From: a virus
Length of the DNA: 64,000 bases
Virus record (IMG/VR): IMGVR_UViG_3300033144_003384
Span: 19,757 to 83,756 of that record
Strand: one strand, 5' to 3'
Below are positions 1 to 9,287 of this stretch, in pieces. Below the pieces are notes generated by a model, which was given only the letters and a program-made list of their open reading frames with translations, did not search any database and was not told the DNA's origin. Both the position numbers and the translations under genes were made by a program. Within the stretch, counting starts at the first letter, position 1, and every line of letters begins with the position of its first letter.

Positions 1-147
1 GGTCGATGTTTAGGGGTAGTGCCATTGGGTTCTCCTTTTGTTGCACTCCTTATGCTTATCAGTGTATAAGGTCGGCGCTCTCTTGTCAAGTCATTTATCT
101 GAAAAGAATCACTTGACATACTGTCCCCAATAGTGTATAATAGAGGT

Positions 148-498
148 ATGAGAACAAGAACAGAAACGCCCCAAATTGGAGCGACCATCAAAGACAAACG
201 GTGGCACTTCATCCCCGAAGGTAAGTGGCTCTGGTCTTACTGCGGCCTGCGCCTAACCGACGAACCGCACCTAAACAAGCTACTCGACCACCTAGCCCCA
301 AGCTGGGACACCACGATGAACGCTTGTGATGAGTGCCTTCAGGCTCACAAAGACTGGCTGGAAAGCCCGACCGAATACGAACAAGAGAGAAAGTGGGCGA
401 ACAACCATATGGCATCCATCATGGGAACCCCAGCGCCAAGCTTCGATGACTTCGGGGATTGGCTTCAGTACGACGACGAGGACGAGGAAGCTGCGTGA
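148..498 (+). CDS. hypothetical phage protein, leaderless
   Basis: TTGACA(113-118)-N17-TATAAT(136-141), ATG 6 nt later; followed by a GC hairpin with T run (512-540). Confidence 0.7.
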   Translation: MRTRTETPQIGATIKDKRWHFIPEGKWLWSYCGLRLTDEPHLNKLLDHLAPSWDTTMNACDECLQAHKDWLESPTEYEQERKWANNHMASIMGTPAPSFDDFGDWLQYDDEDEEAA

Positions 499-574
499 CA
501 AAAGGAGATTTGGCCCCCTGCTCCGGCGGGGGGCTTTTCCTGTGCCGCCGGGACTGTTGGAGTACACTGAAGGC

Positions 575-799
575 ATGAAGTACAAGAAGTGCGACGACTG
601 CACGAGATATGTCCCCGCCTCCCAGGTAGCCCCGATCGGGGCACTCCTTCGGTGCGATGAATGCACTGATTTCGAGACGATGACAAGGCTTCTCCCCCGC
701 CAACCGGAGGAAACGTGGGTCGAGATGTGGGACCACGAAAACCCTTTCAGCCCATACGATGATGGCCGTGGGTATTACGCTCCAGTATATGTGGCGTAG
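575..799 (+). CDS. small CxxC Zn-finger-like hypothetical protein
   Basis: TACACT(563-568), ATG 6 nt later; two CxxC pairs (KCDDC, RCDEC). Confidence 0.55.
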   Translation: MKYKKCDDCTRYVPASQVAPIGALLRCDECTDFETMTRLLPRQPEETWVEMWDHENPFSPYDDGRGYYAPVYVA

Positions 800-895
800 C
801 CGGGGCTAATTGGGCACAAAAGAAAGGCCGCCCGCTAAGGCGACCCTTCTCGTTTTGCTCTGACCCGTTTTGCTCCAGTTGGAGTGGGTACTGGC

Positions 896-975
896 TGGTG
901 GAGCTGGCGGGAATCGAACCCGCTTCCAGACATTTGCACTTCGGCATTTCAGTCTGTCGAAACCATTACAGCCCC
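896..975 (-). ncRNA. ssrA: minimal tmRNA (tRNA-like domain only)
   Basis: GGGGCUG-UAAUGGUUUCGA-CAGAC...GUCUG-GAA-GCGGG-UUCGAUU-CCCGC-CAGCUCC-ACCA: G3.U70 Ala determinant, stemless D-loop, P2a helix, T-arm, encoded CCA; no room for a tag ORF. Confidence 0.9.
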
Positions 976-976
976 T

Positions 977-1056
977 TGGTGCCAACCTGCGGAATTGAAC
1001 CGCAGCCCCTTTCCCGATATCACTCGGGGGTTACCTTGGGTGTTTATCCCGTTGGC
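977..1056 (-). ncRNA. tRNA-like RNA with non-canonical core
   Basis: GCCAAC/GUUGGC-ACCA acceptor and CUGCGG-UUCAAUU-CCGCAG T-arm, but no canonical D or anticodon arm. Confidence 0.65.
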
Positions 1057-1057
1057 A

Positions 1058-1234
1058 TGGTAGTTGCTCGATCCCCCTCCGGAGAGTGGGGGCAGTAGGG
1101 AGGCTATCCGCGTCTTACCTTTTCAGCAGGGCTCGTATTAGGTTTCCCCGCGCAGTCCCCGTTGGGGGCGATGCGGGTTTCGCTGCCGGAGGTTCACTCC
1201 CGTCCCCACACTCAGGGTGGGGATCGAACTGTCA
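1058..1234 (-). ncRNA. candidate ~175-nt structured RNA of unknown class
   Basis: 11-bp closing stem GUUCGAUCCCC/GGGGAUCGAGC plus nested stems; lies between a promoter/boxA-like leader and two tRNA-like genes. Confidence 0.6.
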
Positions 1235-1295
1235 CTATTCAGTTGTCAAGGTGCTTTACTACCTATAGTGTCTCACATAACCACCCTCTTGTCAA
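1235..1295 (-). promoter_or_regulatory. promoter and rrn boxA-like leader of the ncRNA operon
   Basis: TTGACA(1295-1290)-N17-GACACT(1272-1267), then GCACCTTGACAACTGAATAG(1254-1235). Confidence 0.55.
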
Positions 1296-1363
1296 GGGTT
1301 ATCTCGGATTGTTTTATCTAATAAGCACTTGACACACTATGCTCAGTAGTATACAATGGATGT

Positions 1364-1591
1364 ATGCTACTAACTACTATGACACTCCGAGAGACATACG
1401 CCGCGCTCCCGTCTGCACAGACGGAACGGGTAACACGCTTCTGGTTCAAGTCGCCGTGCTACTTCGTAAGAGCAATCGACGTCGCCATTCACATCACGCT
1501 ACCAGAGTTGATCGACGGCTTCATGCCGATATCGGCTGCGTGGCTCCGAAAGGAATCGCCACGCTGGGGTCGAAGCTGGAGAAGTTGGTGA
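1364..1591 (+). CDS. hypothetical protein, paralog of 10345..10572
   Basis: leaderless after TTGACA-N17-TACAAT; shares SPCxFVRxIDxAxHIxLPEL and SPRWGRSWRxW with the paralog. Confidence 0.8.
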   Translation: MLLTTMTLRETYAALPSAQTERVTRFWFKSPCYFVRAIDVAIHITLPELIDGFMPISAAWLRKESPRWGRSWRSW

Positions 1592-1981
1592 AAGTACCCA
1601 AAGTCGAGGGCCCCTCCGGGGGCCCTTTTCTCGTGGCCCGGTAAGCCCCGGCTTCGCCTCATCTTGGCGTGCAAGGGAGGTGCGATCCAGGTGATCCGGC
1701 GGGGCTCGACGAGGAGGGGAGGGCCATCCCTCCCCAGCCACTCGTTCTTCAGCTCCTCGCCAGCTCCCGCATGAAGTTGGCATACTGGTTGAGATAACGG
1801 TCGATCTCGGGGTTGCCCCCGACAAAGATGACCCTTTCCTCGGTGCCTTTCGAGTCCTGACCGCACGGGCAGTCATCCATCGCTGGCGGGCGATATGACG
1901 GTTGCTCCTGCCCGCAGGTAACGCAGAAGTCCTTTGTGATAGTGCTCATACCCTTCCTTTCCTATTCGGGCTTACTCCCCC

Positions 1982-2084
1982 ATCATATCAGGGGGGTGCG
2001 ACAGCTTCTCATCCTGAGCGCCTACTTCACGTTTCAAACAATTCGATATTGCCCCTAGTAATTGTCACACCCCCGTGATACACT
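1982..2084. promoter_or_regulatory. divergent pair of PafBC/RecA-NDp-type promoters
   Basis: TGTCAC-N10-TACACT (2063-2084, +) and TGTCGC-N10-TATGAT (2003-1982, -). Confidence 0.6.
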
Positions 2085-2111
2085 AGTACTAACAAGAGCA
2101 AAGGAGGCAAA

Positions 2112-2336
2112 ATGATCAACATGTATCACGACCCAGAGGTACCGGCAGGGTATCAAGATGCGGACCTCGAAATGAGGGACTTGCGGGAAGCCGCAAACGA
2201 ATCGTACGAACAAGCATTCAGGGGACGGTGCATTGACTGTCACGGCAGGGGCGGATATCAGGATTACAACAATCACGGTAGCCGCAGAAGCTACCAAATC
2301 TGTTCGACCTGCGGTGGTGCTGGCGAACTGTTCTGA
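2112..2336 (+). CDS. small DnaJ-type Zn-finger-like protein
   Basis: AAGGAGG RBS; two CxxCxGxG motifs (CIDCHGRG, CSTCGGAG); downstream terminator. Confidence 0.65.
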   Translation: MINMYHDPEVPAGYQDADLEMRDLREAANESYEQAFRGRCIDCHGRGGYQDYNNHGSRRSYQICSTCGGAGELF

Positions 2337-2581
2337 TCCACCAAACTCGAAGCCCCCGCTCCGGCGGGGGTTTTCTTGTGGGCCCAGCACGCCCCGCCGA
2401 TCCGCAGTTCGTCGAACGACACGAAGGTAATAGACATGGTTGTTTGAGTATGCTTACCTGGCGAAGGCGGGGCTCGCCCGGTGCAAAGGAGCCGAGTGCC
2501 CAGTTCGGATCGTTTTACCCGGTAAGCCCCGTTGACGCAAAGAAAAAGCCCCCCGACGGGGGCTCCTCCTTGTTCTTCAGC

Positions 2582-3233
2582 TCAGTTTGTTGTGTCGTAG
2601 TCCTTCTTGTCGAGTATTGCGTCGCAACTGATGCACTCGATCTCAAGCACTATCCGGTCAAGCGGCACAGCGTTTGCCTCGTCCATGTCGAGCCGTCCGT
2701 CCTTCGTGCTTGCTGGGACGTTATTCACATCCTCCACGAGAACGTAGACAAACTCGTGCTTGCATTCGCTCATGCTGCTACTTTCTGGCCGAGTACCAAT
2801 CCGAGTACGACTGCGTCTAGGTAGTCGATGAAGTCTTGATATGTTCTCCGCCTGTCTCCGAACTTCGACGTTGATACACCTCCGTGGTCGGAGCCTTCCT
2901 CCAACCGCCAACCTCCGTAGGTGGAGTTGTAGTCGATGGTGAGTTCGAGTCCTGTCATGTTGGCGATGTTGCCAACCTTCAGGTTGATCGTCTCACGCTT
3001 GGCTTGCTTGCTCATATGCCTCTCCTGTCCATGCCACCAAGCTTTGGCTCGGTTGGCTTTCCTTGCAGGTGGCGGAGTGCCGTGAAGGTGTCCACGACGA
3101 ACATGCAGTCTCGGGCAGCGTTAGCGTCGCCCTCTTCCTCGAACATGATGGCCATAGCCCGGAAACGCTCGATGCGTTCCAGCGATGGTGTGCGCTTCTC
3201 TATGAAGCGTCCGATCTGGTCGTGGTTTGTCAT
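2582..3233 (-). other. operon of three small hypothetical genes (about 3012-3233, 2770-3013, 2582-2773)
   Basis: TTGACA-N17-TATACT promoter at 3285-3257, RBS, overlapping stop/start codons, terminator near 2545-2565. Confidence 0.6.
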
Positions 3234-3355
3234 GTTGTCTCCTTTCCTTTGTTCTAAGTATACCAGTATTCAGGTTGGATGTCAAGTGAATAAACAAAAG
3301 GACTTGACAAAAGGGGTCCAATGCTGTATACTGTAAGTAGGAAGGAGGCCACACT

Positions 3356-3589
3356 ATGACAAAGTTTGACACACCGCTAGCAGAAAAGCTGTACGGAGAG
3401 ATGCCAGACGACGAAAGCGGGTCCGTACAGGAACTCGGCTGGTACGGACGCTACGACAGCGAGCTGGTCATCCTCAACGAAGACTCCGATGGGTTCGTCA
3501 ACACATTCGAAGCAATCGACAAGGCAGACCTCGACCGATTCTGGAGCCTAGTAACCAAGGAATACGAGCTGTACTACAGCATCTCCTGA
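3356..3589 (+). CDS. hypothetical protein
   Basis: TTGACA(3304)-N17-TATACT, AAGGAGG RBS, terminator 3608-3630. Confidence 0.7.
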   Translation: MTKFDTPLAEKLYGEMPDDESGSVQELGWYGRYDSELVILNEDSDGFVNTFEAIDKADLDRFWSLVTKEYELYYSIS

Positions 3590-4000
3590 CCATCAACCAA
3601 AAGGAGGAGCCTCCCTCACGGGAGGCTTTCCTTGTGTCCTCGGCAAGTCCCGCCCAGGTCAGAACAAGGGCTTCTCGGACCAGGCCACTTCGCCACGCTT
3701 CTTCGTGATGTCGATGCAGTTCCCGTGCGCCCACCCGGTTGGACTCGAAGCCAAAGTGATCGAGTTTCCCCCGCCCTGCCTCCGGTTCTGCACCCACCCG
3801 ACAACACGACGATAGTTCCCATTCGCCTTCGTGTCCACAGGCTCCTTACAGAACTCGCAATTGATGTTCGGTGTCATGTCGGTACCTTACTCTCATCAGA
3901 TTTGTCCTACAACAACGACGCGGTTGCGCCATCGTTCTTGCAGAATCCGATATCGCCGGGGCTCCAAGAGGAGGGGGCCCTTTCGGACCCCCAGCTCTCA

Positions 4001-5002
4001 TCAGACCAGATTCAGAATCGCCTGCTCGGCGACCATCTTCTTCTGCGACACCAGTGACGTTGAGTCCATGGATGCCATTGCACGGGCGATGCCCGAACCG
4101 CTGCGTCCGTGGTCTAGATACTCGGTGACAGCGTTGTACAGCCCCCATCCGTTGAACCCGACCAGACCAGCGTTGCGGTTGTTGTTGAAACGTACCCTGA
4201 CGTCCGTCAAGATTTCGTCACGGTTTCGCTCTTTGCGATCCGTGTCGGCATCTGCGGCTGGCCATAAGGCGTTCAACACGACATCCACATTCTGCGATGC
4301 CTGCGGCACCGGGATGCGTAACAGCTCTTCGGCACGAGCCTTGAAGGCTTCCGCCCACTCGGTCGATATCTGCAACACCGCCTGTGCCTCTTGCAACGTG
4401 TCTTCGTAGTTCGGCGTGTGCCTTGCCTTGAAGGTCGATCGGGCCATCTGGTGGCCAAACCTGCACGTGTTGGCGCATACTGGGCGTATGTCCGTGTTTG
4501 AGTAAACGATCGGCATGGTTCCGTCGTGTGACGTTTGTACCAGCAAGAATCGGTCGATCTTGTCGTTGACACCGACGGGGTCGATGATCAGCGAGCCAAG
4601 GTCGATGGATGCGAAAAACTGGCGTCCGTCTTTCAGGACACCTAACGTTTCGATCACAGCATCTCCGTTGGACGCGCCAACGACCGCTAGCGCCTTTTCA
4701 AGCACCACGGCGTTCTGTACTACCCGATAGCGCTTCTTCATAACCTCGAAAGGCACCAGCGTTCCATCATGGTTGACCCGTGTCGTTGCGAAACGATCCG
4801 TGATCTCGATGAACTCACCAGCGTCATTCTGAACGAAGACAGGACGTAGGTCGACGTGATAGTTGGCGTGTGCGATCTCAAGCATTTGCTCGGCTGATTG
4901 CAACCCAACGACTGGCGTCCCTAGTCCGTGCCATGGTGTACCAGACTCGATGTTGTAGGCGAAGTTTGCCTTACCGTTTACGATCTCTAGTTCGTGTGAC
5001 AT
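4001..5002 (-). CDS. DUF932 (TIGR03299-like) phage/plasmid protein
   Basis: MSHELE...TPWHGLG start, SHDG and RPVCANT motifs, WGLYNAVTEYLDH C-terminus. Confidence 0.85.
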   Translation of the reverse strand: MSHELEIVNGKANFAYNIESGTPWHGLGTPVVGLQSAEQMLEIAHANYHVDLRPVFVQNDAGEFIEITDRFATTRVNHDGTLVPFEVMKKRYRVVQNAVVLEKALAVVGASNGDAVIETLGVLKDGRQFFASIDLGSLIIDPVGVNDKIDRFLLVQTSHDGTMPIVYSNTDIRPVCANTCRFGHQMARSTFKARHTPNYEDTLQEAQAVLQISTEWAEAFKARAEELLRIPVPQASQNVDVVLNALWPAADADTDRKERNRDEILTDVRVRFNNNRNAGLVGFNGWGLYNAVTEYLDHGRSGSGIARAMASMDSTSLVSQKKMVAEQAILNLV

Positions 5003-5082
5003 GTGGTTTCTCCCCTCCTTTCCTTTTGTGTCTTGTTTAGATAATATCACATTGAACAAACGATGTCAAGTACTTGTTGCAC

Positions 5083-5098
5083 TCGAACACCTGTTCGG
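5083..5098. promoter_or_regulatory. LexA (SOS) box within a promoter spacer
   Basis: TCGAAC-ACCT-GTTCGG lies between TTGCAC(5077-5082) and TAGAGT(5100-5105). Confidence 0.7.
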
Positions 5099-5111
5099 TT
5101 AGAGTTTCAGT

Positions 5112-7169
5112 ATGAAACCAGCCCAAGAGTCACAGGTTCTCCTCGCCCAAGACCACCTTGCACTCCTCTTCCCATATGTACCTGACCAGATCAAAGAACT
5201 GAAGGAGATACCCGGAGCCAAGTGGGACAAGCTCTCCCGAACTTGGCGAGTCCCGCTACGCCAGCTCGCTGATGTCAAGCGATTCGCCGAAAAACATGAG
5301 TTTTGGGTTGACCCAGATGTCCTTGCCATCCGAATGCCCGAAGAACCCTTCGGCACAGCTCAGTTCTACCACGAGAACACCTCCTTCTACGTCGAGTTCT
5401 CCTATGACCCGGTCATGGTCCAGTCCATCAAAGAGATCACCGGAGTGAAATGGAACGGAAAAGAGATGCGCTGGTCCGCCCCCGCCTCGGCCCTCATCGA
5501 AGTCGTCAGTTGGGCCGATCGTTTCAAAGTTCCAGTCCCAGAAGACATCCGACAACTCATCGAAGGAGAAGCCGGACTTCGAGAACAGCTCGTCGACCTG
5601 TCCCGATCAACGGGACTCGACGCCCCCATCGAGATCGCCGGGCTCGAAGGAGAGCTGATGGGGTTCCAACATGTCGGAGTGAAGTATGCCCTCGAAACCA
5701 AGAGATGCTTCATTGCGGACGAAATGGGCCTCGGAAAGACGCTGCAAGCCATCGCTGCCCTCCAAGTCGGCAAAGCGTGGCCTGCTGTCGTCGTTTGCCC
5801 ACCCACACTGACCCTGAACTGGGTGTACGAGATACGAAAGTGGCTACCCGAACTCACCATCAGCCACATCCAAGGCATGGCGAAGGCTGCATACTGCTCC
5901 AGTGTCCTGGATGCCTGGGACAGTCCCGTGTCTCCGCCAGGTAAAGAAGGCTGGTTCGAGGTGTCGTCGAAGAAAGACGCCAAGGAAACTGCGGGGCTCC
6001 TCTCCTCCTCGGATGTCGTCGTCCTCGGATACTCAACCCTCGGAAGCTGGCTGCCCGTTCTCGCCCGATTCGCTACGTCAGTTGTGTTCGACGAGTCGCA
6101 ATACATCAAAACGCCCACCGCCAAGCGCACCAAAGCCTCCATCAAGCTCGCCAAGGGGTGCCAGAGCGATTCTTCGATGGTGTTGTGCCTCACAGGTACC
6201 CCAATCACCAATCGGCCCGCTGAGTACGTCCCACAGCTTCAAGCCCTCGGACGCATAGACGACTTCGGTGGCGCATGGCCGTTCTACAAGAAGTTCTGCA
6301 ACGCCTTCAAGGACAGGTGGGGGCAGTGGCATCTCGAAGGAGCGAACAACCTCGAAGAACTCAACTACCGCCTCCGGGCCACATGCTATGTGCGTAGGAA
6401 GAAGAACGAAGTCCTCAACGACCTCGACGAGATCAGGTACTCCGTCATTCACGTCGAAGGAGACCCGGCGGTCATGTCGGAGTACCACAAAGCGGAGCGG
6501 GACATAGCGACCTTCATGGCGAACCGGGCGGCGGAGATTGCGAGGGAACTCGGAACGAACCCTCGGTCTGCGGCTGTCCGTGCGAGAATTCGGGCGGAGT
6601 CTGCCGAACATCTCGTAAGGATTGCTGCCCTCCGTCGGCTAGCGGCAAAGGCGAAGATGAAGCCCATCATGGAGCTGGTCGATTCCCACATTGAGGACGG
6701 ATCGAAGGTTGTGTTGGCAGCTCACCATCGTGATGTCGTGGATGAGTTGGCCAACAAGTACGGCGGGTACAAGATTCAGGGCGGGCAAGCCCCGGAGGAG
6801 GTTGAGCTGTTTAAGGATCGGTTCCAGAAGATGCCCGTGGATGAGGTTCCCGTGATGGTTCTTTCGATTCAGGCTGCTAAAGCGGGCCATACTTTGACGG
6901 CTGCCCAAGACATCGTGTTGGTCGAACTGCCTTGGACACCTGCGGACGTTGACCAAGTGATCGCTCGGCTTCACCGCATTGGACAGGAGGGGTCGGTGAT
7001 GGCGACGTTCATGTTGACTGAAGGGACGATTGACGAGAAGCTGTATGCCCTGTTGCGTGAGAAACGCCGCATCGTGGATGCTGCCACGGAGGGTGGCGAG
7101 CTTGTCACGGGCGACGTCCTCGGTGATTTGGTTATGTCGTTTGCTGAGATGGGCCTAGCTGATCTGTAG
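5112..7169 (+). CDS. SNF2-family helicase with two N-terminal HARP-like domains
   Basis: ADEMGLGKT (motif I), VFDESQ (II), LTGTP (III), QVIARLHRIGQ (VI); repeated 'GxKW...W' N-terminal units. Confidence 0.9.
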   Translation: MKPAQESQVLLAQDHLALLFPYVPDQIKELKEIPGAKWDKLSRTWRVPLRQLADVKRFAEKHEFWVDPDVLAIRMPEEPFGTAQFYHENTSFYVEFSYDPVMVQSIKEITGVKWNGKEMRWSAPASALIEVVSWADRFKVPVPEDIRQLIEGEAGLREQLVDLSRSTGLDAPIEIAGLEGELMGFQHVGVKYALETKRCFIADEMGLGKTLQAIAALQVGKAWPAVVVCPPTLTLNWVYEIRKWLPELTISHIQGMAKAAYCSSVLDAWDSPVSPPGKEGWFEVSSKKDAKETAGLLSSSDVVVLGYSTLGSWLPVLARFATSVVFDESQYIKTPTAKRTKASIKLAKGCQSDSSMVLCLTGTPITNRPAEYVPQLQALGRIDDFGGAWPFYKKFCNAFKDRWGQWHLEGANNLEELNYRLRATCYVRRKKNEVLNDLDEIRYSVIHVEGDPAVMSEYHKAERDIATFMANRAAEIARELGTNPRSAAVRARIRAESAEHLVRIAALRRLAAKAKMKPIMELVDSHIEDGSKVVLAAHHRDVVDELANKYGGYKIQGGQAPEEVELFKDRFQKMPVDEVPVMVLSIQAAKAGHTLTAAQDIVLVELPWTPADVDQVIARLHRIGQEGSVMATFMLTEGTIDEKLYALLREKRRIVDAATEGGELVTGDVLGDLVMSFAEMGLADL

Positions 7170-8091
7170 CTCCTTGGCGTCTAGCCCGTCACCGCAGATG
7201 AGGCAGTACACCGCTTGGTCGATGCCTCCCTCTACGAACGTGCCTTTGTCCCAGTCCACGGTCACGGAGCTTCCGTACCTCTGGGCGTTGTATGCCATGC
7301 GCTCGGACTGCAAGACCTCCACGTACTTGTGCGGGCAGTCGGGGTCAACGGTAGGTGCGTCCTTGAACTGGTCTTCCCCGTAGTTGCCTGTGATGTACCT
7401 GTCCAGTGCGGGTCCGTCGATGGTCATGTTCGTGTCCTTGGGTTGACCATTGGGATCGGCGGGTCGATCTGTTCGTGGTCCATGATTTCGATGGCGTAAC
7501 CCCCGTGCAAGTCCCGTTGGAATTGCTCGATGGCTTCGTCGATGTCGTCTGCTTCGATTGTGATTTCGACGACTAGTGCGTATGTTGCCATTTCAGCCCC
7601 TTATTTCCATCGTTCGATTGTCGGTGAAGTTGTCGAAGGCTCGGAACCCGCAGGGTTCGTATCCTCCCGACCATACGACTAGGTGTATCTGGTGGTGTTT
7701 CGGGTTGTATGTCATCCTGCGTCCTTTCCGCAGATGAGGTTGCCCATGGTTTCGCAGTTCCACCGCGGGTCGTCCTCTTGGATCGTTTGGCAGTTTGTTT
7801 CTTCGTAGCCCGTGATGCAGTTGTCTCCTTGCTCTGAGACGAGCCACAGTGCGGCCAGAAAGACCACAATAGCTAGTGCGGTTAGTGCCTTTGCCTTCAC
7901 GACTTGCTCCTTGCGTCCATAGCGGCTAGGCAGAACCCTGCTACTAGCTTGTCCCACTCATCAGCTATGTGGTTGGTGAATAGGAATTCGTTTGGCCCTT
8001 GTGTCTTTGCTGCTTCTCGGAGCCAGTCGCTTACTGTGTCTACTGGTACGGCTAGGTCGCCGTTGCGGTTGAAGTAGGGTGCTTGTGCCAT
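7155..8091 (-). other. operon of about five small hypothetical genes
   Basis: promoter 8143-8115; abutting ORFs including 7897-8091 and 7155-7427. Confidence 0.55.
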
Positions 8092-8449
8092 GTGTCCTTT
8101 CCTTTACTCTCTATAGGATATCAGGTTTCGCCCCTTTTGTCAAGGATTATTGGTTAGAACAATCACTTGACATCCCTCTCGCCATACTGTATACTATGAA
8201 GTACAGAAAGAAGGGAGACAGAATGACCTACAAGATCGCAAGCATCCTCATCATCGGAATGCGAATCGCATCCGTCACCGCACTCACGGTCGGCATGTAC
8301 TTCGCAGGACAGGCAGGCTGAAACGAAGACTTCTCGTACAAGAGATGGGTTGAACAAACAAAGCTGAAGGGGCCTTCGGGCCCCTCTTCTTTTTGGCCGC
8401 CGGGGCTCCAGGGGTTGACAACCAGCTTGTCCAGTGATATGTTGACGAC

Positions 8450-8734
8450 ATGGAGAACAAACTCGAACGCACCCCCGACGGGTACTTCCTCATCTGGGAC
8501 GGAAGAAAAGACGGCCACGATCGGGCCAACCAAAACGCTGCCCTCGTCCTCAACTGCAATCGGGACAACGGAGTCATCCCCTCGGACTACGAACTCCGCC
8601 AATATGACTCTCGCCTCGAAATCCGCACCCAATCTGAAGCCACAATGGCCGCCATCATCCGGCTACTACTCAAGAAGCCCCGTGATCGGGGTGTTGCGTC
8701 AGCCACTGGCCAAGAACCGCAGCAGACCGCATGA
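8450..8734 (+). CDS. hypothetical protein, leaderless
   Basis: TTGACA-N17-TATGTT, ATG 6 nt later. Confidence 0.6.
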   Translation: MENKLERTPDGYFLIWDGRKDGHDRANQNAALVLNCNRDNGVIPSDYELRQYDSRLEIRTQSEATMAAIIRLLLKKPRDRGVASATGQEPQQTA

Positions 8735-8987
8735 ACACTTCCTCCACCGCAGCAGCCCACGCTGCACGCACTGGCCGATTCATCTCAATGCTCGGCATCT
8801 CTGCGTAAGGGATCGCCACGATGACACGGCTTGGGTCTGCGGTCGTGATGATCTCGAACTCGGCTATGCCCGGAGAGGGAACAAGTATCCCGTAAACGTC
8901 GATTTGGTTTGCGAGTCCGGCGGGAGCTTGCACTACTCCGAGCACATCTTCCCCGTCAATGTGTTCCATTGGTTCTACCATCGGCAT
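8670..8987 (-). CDS. hypothetical protein
   Basis: ORF directly downstream of whiB with protein-like composition. Confidence 0.55.
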   Translation of the reverse strand: MPMVEPMEHIDGEDVLGVVQAPAGLANQIDVYGILVPSPGIAEFEIITTADPSRVIVAIPYAEMPSIEMNRPVRAAWAAAVEEVFMRSAAVLGQWLTQHPDHGAS

Positions 8988-9017
8988 GATCTTAGTACCG
9001 GGGCTCCTGGGGGCGGA

Positions 9018-9287
9018 TCACTCCTCGGCAGCTCGGCGTTCCCGTCGGAGCCGATCCGCTACTACACGCCGATATTTCCTGCGAGGGTCCGGCAACATCC
9101 CGCCCCACACACCTGCTTCTTGGTTGGTGTGCACCGCATACTCCAAGCATTCGTGCCGCACGCTGCACTCGGCGCAGTGCGCCATCAGCCGCTCCTGTCG
9201 TGCGGGTGAGCCAAGGTCGAAGAAGTCCAGTCCTGACTCGGCGCATTCGCCTAAGTCTCTCCACGTGATATCGAGTTGGATAGCCAT
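9018..9287 (-). CDS. whiB: WhiB-family Fe-S transcription factor
   Basis: four conserved Cys (C...CAECSVRHEC) and GVWGG turn. Confidence 0.9.
   Translation of the reverse strand: MAIQLDITWRDLGECAESGLDFFDLGSPARQERLMAHCAECSVRHECLEYAVHTNQEAGVWGGMLPDPRRKYRRVVADRLRRERRAAEE

Noticed and set aside
896-925. tmRNA 3' end as an attP/attR remnant
   Set aside because: The matching 5' end and P2a helix are present and paired, and no integrase is visible in the window
747-1268. Short ORFs over the ncRNA operon
   Set aside because: They overlap clear RNA structures and lack RBS or protein-like features
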